The notes under the pieces: model-generated
Told to the model about the DNA's origin: nothing
What the model saw: the letters and a program-made list of their open reading frames with translations, nothing else
Database searches by the model: none
Part shown: positions 39,407 through 49,355 of the stretch, one piece after another
How the letters are laid out: every line of letters begins with the position of its first letter
Position numbering within the stretch: position 1 is the first letter of the stretch
Source of the DNA: Candidatus Versatilivoraceae bacterium
GTDB taxonomy: Bacteria; Acidobacteriota; Terriglobia; Versatilivoradales; Versatilivoraceae
Assembly (NCBI GenBank): GCA_965197895.1
Contig: OZ240232.1
Location: forward strand, 2,494,022 to 2,558,021
Length of the DNA stretch: 64,000 bases
Direction: 5' to 3'
Made by a program: the position numbers and the translations under genes

Positions 39407-39793
39407 TCACCACACCACGCGGACCGGGTACATCTTGATCAGGCGATCGGAAGTCACGATTGCCAGACCCTGAACGATTGCTTGGGCGACGATGATTCGG
39501 TCGAAGGGATCCCGATGCAGGCTTGGCAATTTACCCACTTGCAGGGTCGCCGTCTCATCAATAGGCAGAGACTCAATGCGATGGAGCCGTCGTTGCTGCT
39601 CGACATAGTCCTCTGGCGGTAACTTCAGGGTGAGACGACCGAGGCCATATTTGATGACGATCTCCCATGCTGACGCCGCGCTCAGGAAGACGTCGTTGGT
39701 GGGATCGCTGATCAACCCGCGTGCGGATAGACTCAGATTGGTATCTCCTTCAGCCAGCCAGATGAAGGTTACGGTGTCGAGCAGGAGCCTCAT
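39407..39793 (-). CDS. vapC: PIN-domain toxin VapC
   Basis: MRLLLDTVTFIWL... and ...RDPFDRIIVAQAIVQGLAIVTSD. Start was moved to the internal Met. Confidence 0.8.
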   Translation of the reverse strand: MRLLLDTVTFIWLAEGDTNLSLSARGLISDPTNDVFLSAASAWEIVIKYGLGRLTLKLPPEDYVEQQRRLHRIESLPIDETATLQVGKLPSLHRDPFDRIIVAQAIVQGLAIVTSDRLIKMYPVRVVW

Positions 39794-39809
39794 GACAGCG
39801 GCGAACCCT

Positions 39810-40061
39810 TCAGCCACCTCTCCCTTCGAAACGATTGAGGATCTCGTCAGGGAGAGGATCGAAAAACGAGTCCGGTAACTCTGCCAGCCCCTTTCCCAAG
39901 CCGATCGGCCGGGGTTGGTCCGTCGGCTCCTGGATAGGCCGAATCTCCGCCACAGGACGGTTCCGACGGCAGAGAATGATCCGATCGCCTGCCTTCAGCT
40001 TGGTGATGTGCTCGGAGAGGTGGGTCTTGGCTTCGTGCATGTTGATTCTAGTCGTAGACAT
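39810..40061 (-). CDS. Phd/YefM-type antitoxin
   Basis: MSTTRINMHEAKTHLSEHITKLKAGDRIILCRRNRPVAEIRP is the typical prevent-host-death N-terminus. It sits upstream of the PIN toxin. Confidence 0.7.
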   Translation of the reverse strand: MSTTRINMHEAKTHLSEHITKLKAGDRIILCRRNRPVAEIRPIQEPTDQPRPIGLGKGLAELPDSFFDPLPDEILNRFEGRGG

Positions 40062-40400
40062 GATCCTATAGTAAACTAAATTCATGGTTTAAACCAATAG
40101 TCCCAAGGCGATTTTTTTTGGCACTTGGTAGGGCAAAACTGAACGGGGAGGTCGTATTGTAACGTCGCGATGGGCGGTTGGAGAGCGATCAGCAGGGATT
40201 TTCACCGCTGAGCCGGAGGCGATGGGGTGGATTGGAGGGTTATTACAGAACAAAAAATGGCCTTGCCAACAGTTATGTCCATATTCGTTGCCTTTGCTTC
40301 AGCAAGAGCCAAGCATCCCTCTTCAGTTCACTTGGTTAGGGGAACTTGGCAAGCTTCGCACAGCGCTTGATGGATAAGAATATCAGCGATATGGTTTTCC

Positions 40401-40640
40401 ATGAAGACGACTCGCAATATCGACGAGACGGTGATGCAGCGCTTGCGCGAAGAGGCGGCTCGCCGGGGGACTACCATGTCAGCCCTGGTGGAGGCGGGAC
40501 TCAGGCGGGTTTTGGCTGAGCCGTCGCCCTCAGAGGATGAACGGGACACCCTCCCTGTGCTTCCCTCCTGGCGGAGTGGGGGAGCGCTGCTCGACATCTC
40601 CAACCGCGCTGAGCTCTACAAGGTGATGGACGAGGAGTGA
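40401..40640 (+). CDS. vapB: type II antitoxin (VapB-like, RHH/DUF2191-type)
   Basis: MKTTRNIDETVMQRLREEAARRGTTMSALVEAGLRRVL. It sits immediately upstream of a PIN toxin. Confidence 0.65.
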   Translation: MKTTRNIDETVMQRLREEAARRGTTMSALVEAGLRRVLAEPSPSEDERDTLPVLPSWRSGGALLDISNRAELYKVMDEE

Positions 40641-41075
40641 GTGCTGGTTTTCGATACCAACGTGCTGGTCTACGCAGCCGACGAGCATTCCGAGTTTCAT
40701 GGTCCCTGCCGCCGGTGCCTCGAGGCATCGCGCCTCGATCCCTCCCCGGCATTTCTCAGCTGGAACATCTGCTATGAGTTTCTAAGGGTCAGCACTCATT
40801 TGCGCGCGTTTCGCTCGCCTTGGGGACCGGAAGATGCATGGCGTTTTCTCAGGATTCTTCTGGCGTCGCCAGGATTCGAGTTGCTGAGTGCGACCCAGTG
40901 CCACGCAGCCGTCTTGGCACAAACCTTGTCGGAGTTGCCGGACATCCGCGGAAACCTGATGCAGGACCTTCACACAGCGGTATTGATGCGTGAACATGGT
41001 GTCAGTCGAATCTGCACTCGTGACACCGACTTCCATCGCTTCCCATTCCTTACGGTCATTGATCCCTTGCGTTAG
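40641..41075 (+). CDS. vapC: PIN-domain toxin VapC (GTG start)
   Basis: (M)LVFDTNVLVYAADEHSEFH... and ...DLHTAVLMREHGVSRICTRDTDFHRF. Confidence 0.8.
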   Translation: MLVFDTNVLVYAADEHSEFHGPCRRCLEASRLDPSPAFLSWNICYEFLRVSTHLRAFRSPWGPEDAWRFLRILLASPGFELLSATQCHAAVLAQTLSELPDIRGNLMQDLHTAVLMREHGVSRICTRDTDFHRFPFLTVIDPLR

Positions 41076-41530
41076 CCGACCTGCGGCGCAAGAGCCGGGG
41101 GTGGCTGCTTTTGGGTTCGTCGACGACCGCTTGCTCCGCTATCCACGCCTATCCGTATCGATGTCTCGATTGTCGGCTTCGATCTGCTGCAGGGGGAGGC
41201 AACCGATCGCGGTAGAAGATGAAATGAAACCTTGTGTTTGCCCGTCAGCGAGATCCTTCAAGGCCTGGTTCCCGGAAGCCCGCTGCCGTGAGGCACTCGC
41301 ACTCCCGCCGTCGATCGATTGGGGTTTTTCCAGGGGCAGCGCCATGTCGAGTGAGCCAATTGGAAACAGCAAGTCTCTTGGGCGAATTTGTGGGAAGTGA
41401 CGACCCGACTGCCTTTTTTGCGCCGGAAAGTTTCCCCCTCACAGGCATGTCATATAGAATGCAAGGATAGTACAGTAACAAGACAATAACCGGTTCCGCT
41501 TTCGCCTAGGCGGGCCCGCGGGGGACCATC

Positions 41531-42208
41531 ATGAAGAAAACGTTATCGATTTTGGCATTGGCCATGTTATGGGCTTGCACTCCACAACCGACGGAAACGC
41601 CGAAGGAAGCCGAGGCTCCGGAAACGGAGAAAAAAGGACTGAGCTTCTTCATTACCAGTCGCGGGCCGGGCGACGGAGCTGATCTGGGCGGCTTGGCAGG
41701 CGCCGATGCCCACTGTCAGGCCCTGGCGGCAGCCGTTGGGGCAGGCGATCGCACTTGGCGGGCCTATCTGAGCGCCAGTCCTTCCGGGGACCAGGCAGCG
41801 GTGAATGCTCGCGACCGCATTGGCGCCGGCCCCTGGCACAACGTCAAGGGTGTCGCCGCGGCCCAGAGTGTCGACGATCTGCATTCGGAGAACAATAAGC
41901 TGGGCAAGGAAACCTCACTCACTGAAAAGGGCGAGATGGTGAACGGACGGGGAGACACTCCCAATGAGCATGACATTTTGACCGGTACCCAGCTCGATGG
42001 AACCGCCTTCAGCGACGGCGAGGATCATACCTGCCAGAACTGGACCGGCAGCGGTGAGGGCAGCGCCCAGGTTGGCCATCACGATAGGGTCGGGGGTGGA
42101 TCCAACCCTACCTCCTGGAACTCGTCTCACGGCTCCCGGGGTTGCAGCCAAGCCAACCTTCAAGGCACCGGCGGCAACGGCTACTTTTATTGCTTCGCGG
42201 CCGATTGA
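41531..42208 (+). CDS. lipoprotein with endostatin-like / DUF1554-like (C-type-lectin fold) domain
   Basis: Lipobox LAMLWAC. GLAGADAHCQALAAAVGAGDRTWRAYLSA, HTCQNWTG and GYFYCFAAD parallel the Cys pattern of the collagen XV/XVIII endostatin domain (recalled from memory). Confidence 0.5.
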   Translation: MKKTLSILALAMLWACTPQPTETPKEAEAPETEKKGLSFFITSRGPGDGADLGGLAGADAHCQALAAAVGAGDRTWRAYLSASPSGDQAAVNARDRIGAGPWHNVKGVAAAQSVDDLHSENNKLGKETSLTEKGEMVNGRGDTPNEHDILTGTQLDGTAFSDGEDHTCQNWTGSGEGSAQVGHHDRVGGGSNPTSWNSSHGSRGCSQANLQGTGGNGYFYCFAAD

Positions 42209-42423
42209 CGGTTCGAGGTTGACCCTGGTGGTCCTTGAGCCCGGGCCAATGCCGACCTGGAGCCGGCGTCTTCCAAGGGCAGGGGAGTTTAACCCTATCG
42301 AAATGTTTTCGTCGGATGGGAGTGTCGTCCGTGCTTCCAATTCGGCCTGTTGGCTATTTGAAGAATACTTCGCCTTGGCAGTGGAACCGAAGTGATGGTG
42401 GCATTGGCAGAGAAAATCCCTCC

Positions 42424-43392
42424 ATGATCACCCTGGAAGACATCAAGTCAGCCCAAGAGAGAATCGCCGGAGTGATTGTCAGCACTCCCCTGGTTCACTA
42501 TACAAACTTCTCAACCGACCGGCAGACCTACCCCAAACCCGAGAGTTTTCAACCGGTGGGTGCCTTTAAGCTTCGGGGTGCCTACAACAAAATCGCCTCG
42601 CTCTCTCCAGCTCAGCAACGTCAAGGAGTCATTGCCTTTTCCAGCGGCAACCATGCCCAAGGAGTGGCCTACGCCGCCCGGGCCTTGGGTATCCGGGCGG
42701 TCATCGTCATGCCTGCCCGTGCCCCTGCCATTAAACGCGCCAAAACCTTGGATCTAGGTGCCGAGGTCATCACCGTGGAGGAGGGCGGGGAAGAGGAGTG
42801 GCGGGCCGCTGCGGAGACCCTGGCGGCGGAACGGGGCCTGGCGATGGTGCCACCGTTCAACGATGAAACCATTATCGCCGGCCAAGCCACGGTAGGTCTG
42901 GAAATTGTCCGGGACCTTCCCGACGTCGAGTTGGTGTTGGTTCCGATCGGCGGTGGGGGACTCATCAGCGGGGTGGCTGCGGCCTTAAAGCTCACCCGAC
43001 CCAGCATTCGTGTGGTGGGCGTCGAGCCGGAGTGGGCCAACGACGCTCAAGCCAGTTTTCGAAGCGGCCGGATTGTGGAGCTTCCCATTGAACAGACCAG
43101 CCGAACTATCGCCGATGGCATGAGAGCCACCCGGATCGGAGACATCACCTTCGAACACATTCAGACCTTTGTCGACGACATCATCACCGTCAGCGAGGAG
43201 GAAATCCGGCGGGCGTTGCGGACGCTGGTCCTGGATGCCAGGCTGGTGGTGGAGCCGAGTGGCGCCGTGCCCTTTGCCGCTTTTCTCTATCACCAACACG
43301 AGCTACCTGCTGCAAAACAGAGCGTAACGGTGATTAGTGGCGGAAATGTCGATCCCGACTTACTGAGTCAGATCCTGTCTGAGAAGGAATAG
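42424..43392 (+). CDS. PLP-dependent threonine/serine dehydratase (short, catabolic-type)
   Basis: PLP-lysine motif FKLRGA, SSGNHAQGVAYAAR and the GGGGLISG loop. Start was moved to MITLEDIKSAQERI. Confidence 0.8.
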   Translation: MITLEDIKSAQERIAGVIVSTPLVHYTNFSTDRQTYPKPESFQPVGAFKLRGAYNKIASLSPAQQRQGVIAFSSGNHAQGVAYAARALGIRAVIVMPARAPAIKRAKTLDLGAEVITVEEGGEEEWRAAAETLAAERGLAMVPPFNDETIIAGQATVGLEIVRDLPDVELVLVPIGGGGLISGVAAALKLTRPSIRVVGVEPEWANDAQASFRSGRIVELPIEQTSRTIADGMRATRIGDITFEHIQTFVDDIITVSEEEIRRALRTLVLDARLVVEPSGAVPFAAFLYHQHELPAAKQSVTVISGGNVDPDLLSQILSEKE

Positions 43393-43534
43393 GCCGAACG
43401 GGTCCGGTGGAAACCGTCACGGTCGGCTCCACGCCCTGGACCGAGGTCCTCCTAGCCCAAGCTGCCGATTGCAATCCCGACCCTTTGTCTGTCATGACCA
43501 TGGGACCAGGCAGAATGATGACCTGGGGGGATGG

Positions 43535-44983
43535 TTAGCCGGAGGACAGAATATCTTCGACGACTTTCCCGTAGACGTCTGTCAAGCGCATATCCCGGCC
43601 GCCGAAGCGATAGGTCAACCTGGTGTGGTCCAGGCCCAGAAGGTGAAGGATGGTGGCATGAAGGTCATACATCTCCAGTCGATTCTCCACCGCCTTGTAG
43701 CCCCACTCGTCAGTCTTGCCGTAAGTCAAGCCACCCTGGACACCACCACCCGCCATCCACATGGAAAAACCGAACTCATTATGGTCTCGCCCGTCCTCCT
43801 TCTGGGCGAAAGGCGTGCGGCCAAACTCGCCTGACCACACCACCAGCGTTTCCTCAAGCAAGCCGCAGCGCTTCAAATCCATCAGAAGAGCAGCGATCGG
43901 CTGGTCTGTAGCCAGAGCATTGCGGCTGTGGTTCTTGCGTAATTGGTCGTGGGCGTCCCAGCGAGAGATCCCCGAGATGCTCGGACAGGTGAGCTCGACG
44001 AAGCGGACGCCTCGCTCCACCAGCCGGCGAGCAATCAGACACTGCAGGCCGAATTGGCGAGTGGGCTCAAAGGCGGCTTCCAGACCATACGTGCGGCGCA
44101 CCGGTTGAGATTCGCGGCTGATGTCCATCAGATCGGGAACCTCGATTTGCATGCGAGCCGCCAGCTCATAGTTGGCGATGGCCGACTCCAGCGCGTCCAC
44201 CTTCCCCGTTTGCTGAAGCGAAAGCTGGTCGAGACGCCGGACCAAAGCACGCTTGACCGGCTGAAGCCGGGGCAGCCTTTGGTTGGGCCTGATGTTGGCC
44301 ACCGGAGGGTCTTTGGCCTGAAACAGCGAGCCCTGATAAGAAGCCGGAAGGAAGCCGTTGGTGAAACAGTCTATTCCGCCCGAAGGAATCAGACCGCCGT
44401 TGAGAACGACAAATCCGGGGAGGTTCTGGTTTTCGCTACCGAGTCCATAGACGCTCCAGGCTCCCAAGCTTGGCCGGCCCTGAATCCCAACGCCGGTGTG
44501 CAGAAAGTAATTGGCGCTCGTGTGTTCCGGGAACTGCGAGGTCAGGGAGCGAATGACGCAGACGTCGTCAATCTGTTGGGCGATGTGCGGGAAGAGGTCG
44601 CTGACCCAGGTACCACTTTGGCCATAGCGGCGAAAGTTCCAGGGCGATTTGAGAATCCCTCCCACCTCCTGGAACTGAGTGGCTTCCAGTTCGCCGATGA
44701 CCTCTTGAGGGGAACGGCCGTGGTATTGGCTCAAGAGGGGCTTGTAGTCGAAGCTGTCGACTTGAGAAACACCCCCTTCCATGTAAAGGAAGATGACGTT
44801 GCGAGCCCTGGATGGCCGATGGGGCGACCGGGGAGCCAGAGGGCGGCGCGGGTCGGTTGCCGTCCGGGCTTTGCCTCCAAAGGCAGGGTCAGCCAACAAT
44901 GCCGACAGAGCGAGAGCGCCAAAACCGGTGGAGCAACTGCGGAGCATCTCGCGTCGTGACAGGGTCTTTGCGCCGGGGTTCAT
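43535..44983 (-). CDS. DUF1501 domain protein (sulfatase-fold), Tat signal
   Basis: SRREMLRSCSTGFGALALSALL twin-Arg signal. GRDH, WDAH and GEFGRTP motifs are typical of DUF1501. Confidence 0.8.
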   Translation of the reverse strand: MNPGAKTLSRREMLRSCSTGFGALALSALLADPAFGGKARTATDPRRPLAPRSPHRPSRARNVIFLYMEGGVSQVDSFDYKPLLSQYHGRSPQEVIGELEATQFQEVGGILKSPWNFRRYGQSGTWVSDLFPHIAQQIDDVCVIRSLTSQFPEHTSANYFLHTGVGIQGRPSLGAWSVYGLGSENQNLPGFVVLNGGLIPSGGIDCFTNGFLPASYQGSLFQAKDPPVANIRPNQRLPRLQPVKRALVRRLDQLSLQQTGKVDALESAIANYELAARMQIEVPDLMDISRESQPVRRTYGLEAAFEPTRQFGLQCLIARRLVERGVRFVELTCPSISGISRWDAHDQLRKNHSRNALATDQPIAALLMDLKRCGLLEETLVVWSGEFGRTPFAQKEDGRDHNEFGFSMWMAGGGVQGGLTYGKTDEWGYKAVENRLEMYDLHATILHLLGLDHTRLTYRFGGRDMRLTDVYGKVVEDILSSG

Positions 44984-45212
44984 ATCCAAAGTCGGTTTGA
45001 GGAGTTGCAGGCTTGAGGTCGGCTCGGCGACTTCTACCTGGCGCCCGAGGAAGTTAAACACCTCTTGCTGGCGCCAAGCTTCTGAAACGGCTATTGGAAA
45101 TCACCTCAATGAAACAGGATTTCGTTTCAATTACCGCCGTCATAACCTTGATTGCTTCTTGCTGAAGTTGCCTCGTGATAAACCCATTTGACCTCTTAAC
45201 TTGCTAAGGCCC

Positions 45213-48200
45213 TTACCTAATATATATGAATTCCTTCACGTTGAGAAGCGCATGGCTCAGTTCCTCCCAAGCTGAGAGGCCGTGGGTCTGATTGCCCTGC
45301 AACCGGGTCATCTGCTCCAGCGATCTCAGGCAAGCATCCAGTTCAGCCGGTGTGGGCGGGCGGCCAAACGCAGCCAGATACATCTGTTGGATGCGCCGGG
45401 CACGAGGTTGATGGGCCGTGGTCTCGTGCAGGCGTCGTGCCCACCTCCCGGCCTGTTCATGGAGAAAGGGGTGATTCATCAGAGCCAGTGACTGGGCCGG
45501 GACGTTGGAGACGCTACGGCGTCCAACCGTGGCAAAGGGCTTGGGTGCGTCGAACGTCAGGAGCAGGGAAGACAAGAAATTGCGCCGAGCGGCGATGTAA
45601 ACGCTCCGCCGACCGTCCCCGTCCAACGGCCCCAGCTTCTTGGGAGCTCCTAGAAACAACACGACGTCGTCTCTATGAACCGGCACGGGCGCCCCGGACA
45701 TTTGCAGATTGAGGCGTCCCGAAATCGCCAAAACGGCATCTCGTATAGCTTCACCCTCCAGCCGTCGAACGTTCATACGGTGCAACAGCCGGTTCTCTGG
45801 ATCAAGTTTAGCGGCCAAGGGATCAGACGGCGTGCTGGACATTCGATAGGCTTGGGAAAGGACAATTCTCCGAATCAGTCGCTTGAGGGATCCCCTGGCT
45901 TCCCGGACGAACCAGTGGGAGAGGTGGTCCAGCAGCTCCGGATGGCTGGGGCGTTCCCCCAGCCATCCGAAGTTATCCACCGAGGCGACGATTCCGCGGC
46001 CAAAGAAATGGTGCCAGACCCGGTTCACCATGACTCGGGCCACCAACGGGTTGGAGGGGGCCGTCAGGGCGTTAGCCAGTTCCAGGCGACCGCTTCCGCC
46101 GTTGGAACGAATCGGTTCAGGCCCTGCGACTGCTTCCAGGAAACGCCGTGGGATCATGGGGCCCGGCTGACTGTGTTGTCCCCGCAAAAGAAGGTGCTCG
46201 TCGATTCCATTGCCATCGAGAAACGCGGGGGCGGTGGAGGATTCTGTTTGGATGGTAGCCAGAATTTCCCTTTGCTTGGAGAAAAAGGGGTCAAGGGCCT
46301 GGAATCGCTTTCCGGTTTTAGAACCTGAACCCAAGCTGATCTGCGGATGCCGAACCCACCAATCGGCCAGCCTGGCATAATCTGCGGCTTGCGCAGATCC
46401 GATGATGGTGTCGGTGCTCAAGCGCTCTGAGGCATCTTGAAACAGGTCTTGATAGGCCTGCGCCAAGGAAGACAGCGAGTGGTTGGAGTCCAGTCTTTTG
46501 AGTAGGAGGTCATTGGGAGAAACATAGGGAGCGGGCTTGCCTGCCGCCTCGACGACCATGACAATTCCCAGCTCATCCAAGCCTTCGGGACTGAATTCCA
46601 AGTGGACCCGCTGCCCGCGATGATCCTCCAGGTTGTGCTCGATCCACCCCAGTTCAGGCACGTCTTTCCAACGCTGAGCAAACTCTTCATAGCGAGGTCC
46701 CGCTTGCAAGGCGTAGGAATCGACGGTGGCGTAGACCCGTCCCGTTCCCTTGGCCAGGTAGTAGAGCTTGCCTGTCTGCAGGGTGAAGGTTGGGGTACGA
46801 AGAGAGCGGCCGGAACGCACCCAGTTCTTTAGACGCTCACGATTACGCTCGGTTCCCGGCGCCAGCTTCAGGACGTCCCAGACCGGGTCCTTGTGGGCGC
46901 CAGGGGTGTAGAACACCCGAGCAATGGGAAGCGTTGGGTCCACCCCTAACCGCACCTCGCCGGCCCTTTTAGGGGCATCTCCGAAACCGGGTCCGTCAAC
47001 CCTCCAATCATCCGGGTCCAACCTTGAATAGTCCAGGATTACCCGCGCGCCGGCGTCTTGAAGAATGGTGTCCAGGCCGGGAAACCGTCGCCAATGATCG
47101 ATCACCCTCTGCAGGAGTGCCGAGACGCGCTTGGGATCGCGCGCCTTGGAATCTTGAACGACCCGTGCGAACGGATAGAGCGGGTCCGTCTCGTCACCCG
47201 CGGCGCCCTTGACGGCTGTTACCCAATTCTTCAAGAGCCGCACCTCCAGGTTCCTCGGCCAGGCCACCGACTCCAGCAGCGAGCCGCCATCGTCGAAGGT
47301 GCACCCGGTTTCTCGTTCGGCTTCGATCACCTTGCCGACTGCCATCAGGTAGCTGGCCGTTGGTTGCAGGAACGGCATTTGGGCCACTCCCACGGCCTGG
47401 AGAATTTGAGGACGATGCCTTTCTCTGAGGGCCTTCAACTCTTGAGCCGCCCGCCGGTTTTGCTCCATCGACTGAAAACGCACTTGTCGATAGCCCGAGC
47501 TCAGCAAGAACCCGAACAGCGCATAGTAGTCCCGTTGCGAAATGGCGTCGAACTTATGGTCGTGGCAGCGGGCACAGGATAGGGTCAATCCAAGAAAAGT
47601 CTTGCTCAACACATCGATGCGATTGTCAAGACGTTCGATTTCGTCCTGGCGCAGATCGACAGGGGAATCCTCCTCCTCACCGAAGAAGGGCCAGCCCGTG
47701 GCAATGACCGATTCGTTGGCGCCAGTGGCAGGGTCGAGACGGGGAGTCGGCAGCAGGTCGCCGGCGATGTGTTCCAGGATCAGTTGTGGGTAGGGAATAT
47801 CTGAGTTGAAAGCCCGAATCAGGTAGTCGCGATACTGGAAGGCGTTGGCAATGAGAAAGTCGGTCTCATGACCGCGTGACTCGGCATAGTGCACCAAGTC
47901 CATCCAATGCCGGGCCCAGCGCTCGCCGAATCGTGGCGAAGCCAGCAATCGGTCCACCACGCCGTGGCGGGCCTCAGGACTTTCGTCGGTGACGAACCGT
48001 TCGATTTCTTCGGGCGTGGGAGGCAGGCCCGTAAGGGCAAAGGAGACGCGGCGGAGCCACATCCGACGGTCAGCAGGTGTGGCTGGACGAAGACCCTCTT
48101 CCTCGAGTTCGGCTAGCAGGAACCGGTCTATGGGATCCCTGGGCCATCGGGTGTCGTTCACGCCGGGCACCGGTTCCTTTTCGGGTACCTGCCAGATCCA

Positions 48201-48656
48201 GGGAAATCGCTGAATGCGCGCAGCAAGGTCGAATGCCTCCGGGGTAGGTTCGGGGATTGCGGGGTCGTCGGACTCGGGCCAGGGCGCGCCGGCTTCGATC
48301 CAGGTCCAGATGTCGGCCACGACGGAGTCTGGAAGTCGCCCCGGTGGCGGCATCTTCAGGTCGGGGTTCTGGTAGGTGATCGCCTGATAGAGGCGACTAT
48401 TGAGCGGCTGGCCCGGCACCAGCACCGGCCCGGCGCTGCCGCCTCGAAGCATGGAGGCTGCGCTGTCCAGACGAAGCTGCGATTCCTGTCTGTCCGGCCC
48501 ATGGCAGGAGTAGCAGTTGGTTGCCAGCAGCGGACGAATTTTCTTCTCGAAGAATTCGGTTTGTGTCTCTTCCCACGCAGCGCCCCAAGATGGGGGGGTG
48601 TGAGCCAAAAGCAGCAAAGCCAAGCAGATCCGGATCACGGCAACTCCTCTTTCCAA
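45213..48656 (-). CDS. PSCyt1/DUF1549/DUF1553 (planctomycete cytochrome-c domain) protein
   Basis: FFEKKIRPLLATNCYSCHGP heme-binding CxxCH. ARCHDHKFD (DUF1549) and a DUF1553-like C-terminus. It forms the usual pair with DUF1501. Confidence 0.8.
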   Translation of the reverse strand: MERGVAVIRICLALLLLAHTPPSWGAAWEETQTEFFEKKIRPLLATNCYSCHGPDRQESQLRLDSAASMLRGGSAGPVLVPGQPLNSRLYQAITYQNPDLKMPPPGRLPDSVVADIWTWIEAGAPWPESDDPAIPEPTPEAFDLAARIQRFPWIWQVPEKEPVPGVNDTRWPRDPIDRFLLAELEEEGLRPATPADRRMWLRRVSFALTGLPPTPEEIERFVTDESPEARHGVVDRLLASPRFGERWARHWMDLVHYAESRGHETDFLIANAFQYRDYLIRAFNSDIPYPQLILEHIAGDLLPTPRLDPATGANESVIATGWPFFGEEEDSPVDLRQDEIERLDNRIDVLSKTFLGLTLSCARCHDHKFDAISQRDYYALFGFLLSSGYRQVRFQSMEQNRRAAQELKALRERHRPQILQAVGVAQMPFLQPTASYLMAVGKVIEAERETGCTFDDGGSLLESVAWPRNLEVRLLKNWVTAVKGAAGDETDPLYPFARVVQDSKARDPKRVSALLQRVIDHWRRFPGLDTILQDAGARVILDYSRLDPDDWRVDGPGFGDAPKRAGEVRLGVDPTLPIARVFYTPGAHKDPVWDVLKLAPGTERNRERLKNWVRSGRSLRTPTFTLQTGKLYYLAKGTGRVYATVDSYALQAGPRYEEFAQRWKDVPELGWIEHNLEDHRGQRVHLEFSPEGLDELGIVMVVEAAGKPAPYVSPNDLLLKRLDSNHSLSSLAQAYQDLFQDASERLSTDTIIGSAQAADYARLADWWVRHPQISLGSGSKTGKRFQALDPFFSKQREILATIQTESSTAPAFLDGNGIDEHLLLRGQHSQPGPMIPRRFLEAVAGPEPIRSNGGSGRLELANALTAPSNPLVARVMVNRVWHHFFGRGIVASVDNFGWLGERPSHPELLDHLSHWFVREARGSLKRLIRRIVLSQAYRMSSTPSDPLAAKLDPENRLLHRMNVRRLEGEAIRDAVLAISGRLNLQMSGAPVPVHRDDVVLFLGAPKKLGPLDGDGRRSVYIAARRNFLSSLLLTFDAPKPFATVGRRSVSNVPAQSLALMNHPFLHEQAGRWARRLHETTAHQPRARRIQQMYLAAFGRPPTPAELDACLRSLEQMTRLQGNQTHGLSAWEELSHALLNVKEFIYIR

Positions 48657-48738
48657 CCGACCTCATCAATGTCGCCGGGAATGCCAGTGGCTATATTAGC
48701 CAAGCCGAACCACAACAGTCCAATGAAAACCGGCGGCT

Positions 48739-49001
48739 GGGTGTACGTCAGAAAAGTGATGTCATGGGATGACGGCTTCCTGGGAGCGCGGGCGTCCCGC
48801 CCGCACAAAGCCTGTCACAGCCCCGGCCATCTCCCCCACTTGGATCAACCGGGAATGGCGCCATGGCTCTCCTTCGGTCTGGCCGATGCTGTTCCCGCCG
48901 ACAGGGTGGCTGCCTGCAGCATCGCACTGAAGCTCAGCCGCGGCCAAAGGGACAGGATGCGGGCGGGACGCCCGCGCTCCCAGGCGATGTCGTCCCGGCG
49001 G
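48739..49001 (+). repeat. 263-bp GC-rich MITE-like repeat, copy B
   Basis: Internal perfect 24-bp TIRs at 48782-48805 and 48958-48981. Inverted relative to copy A. Confidence 0.8.
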
Positions 49002-49114
49002 TGCCGTGGGGAGTGTCTGGCGGGCAACTTCTCAGAAAGCCGACGTGCACCGCCCCGGCGGCTAATTGACTTGACTCGTTTTGTGTCAAGATGCTAAACA
49101 GATCGGTTCAACAT

Positions 49115-49190
49115 GGGCGAGTAGCTCAGATGGGAGAGCGCGGCGTTCGCAACGCCGAGGTCGAGGGTTCGATCCCCTTCTCGTCCACCA
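49115..49190 (+). tRNA. tRNA-Ala (anticodon CGC), encoded CCA
   Basis: Hand-folded. Acceptor GGGCGAG/CTCGTCC with G3:U70, anticodon loop TTCGCAA, T-arm GAGGG-TTCGATC-CCCTT. Confidence 0.9.
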
Positions 49191-49191
49191 G
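49177..49191 (+). repeat. attL: 15-bp core (3' end of tRNA-Ala) CTTCTCGTCCACCAG
   Basis: An identical 15-mer recurs at 53052-53066. Confidence 0.8.
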
Positions 49192-49355
49192 CATTACATC
49201 CAAAGAATTCCCAAAAAGTTAATTAATCAATTATATATCAATCATTTATGGATTTATTCTGTGCAAGTGTGTCCAACAGCATCTCTTGACAGCCAAGCAT
49301 AAATAGGGGCATAATTGGGGAAACATAGGCAGTTACAGCAAAGACATGCCCCCAA

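Noticed and set aside
39012-39413. ORFs reading through the 263-bp repeats: 39012..39413, 39054..39275, 48501..49097 and 48762..48947, which give similar peptides.
   Set aside because: The similarity is due to the nucleotide repeat itself. The peptides (…GRPRSQEAVIP, …ARASRPH…) are translation artefacts of a palindromic GC-rich MITE.
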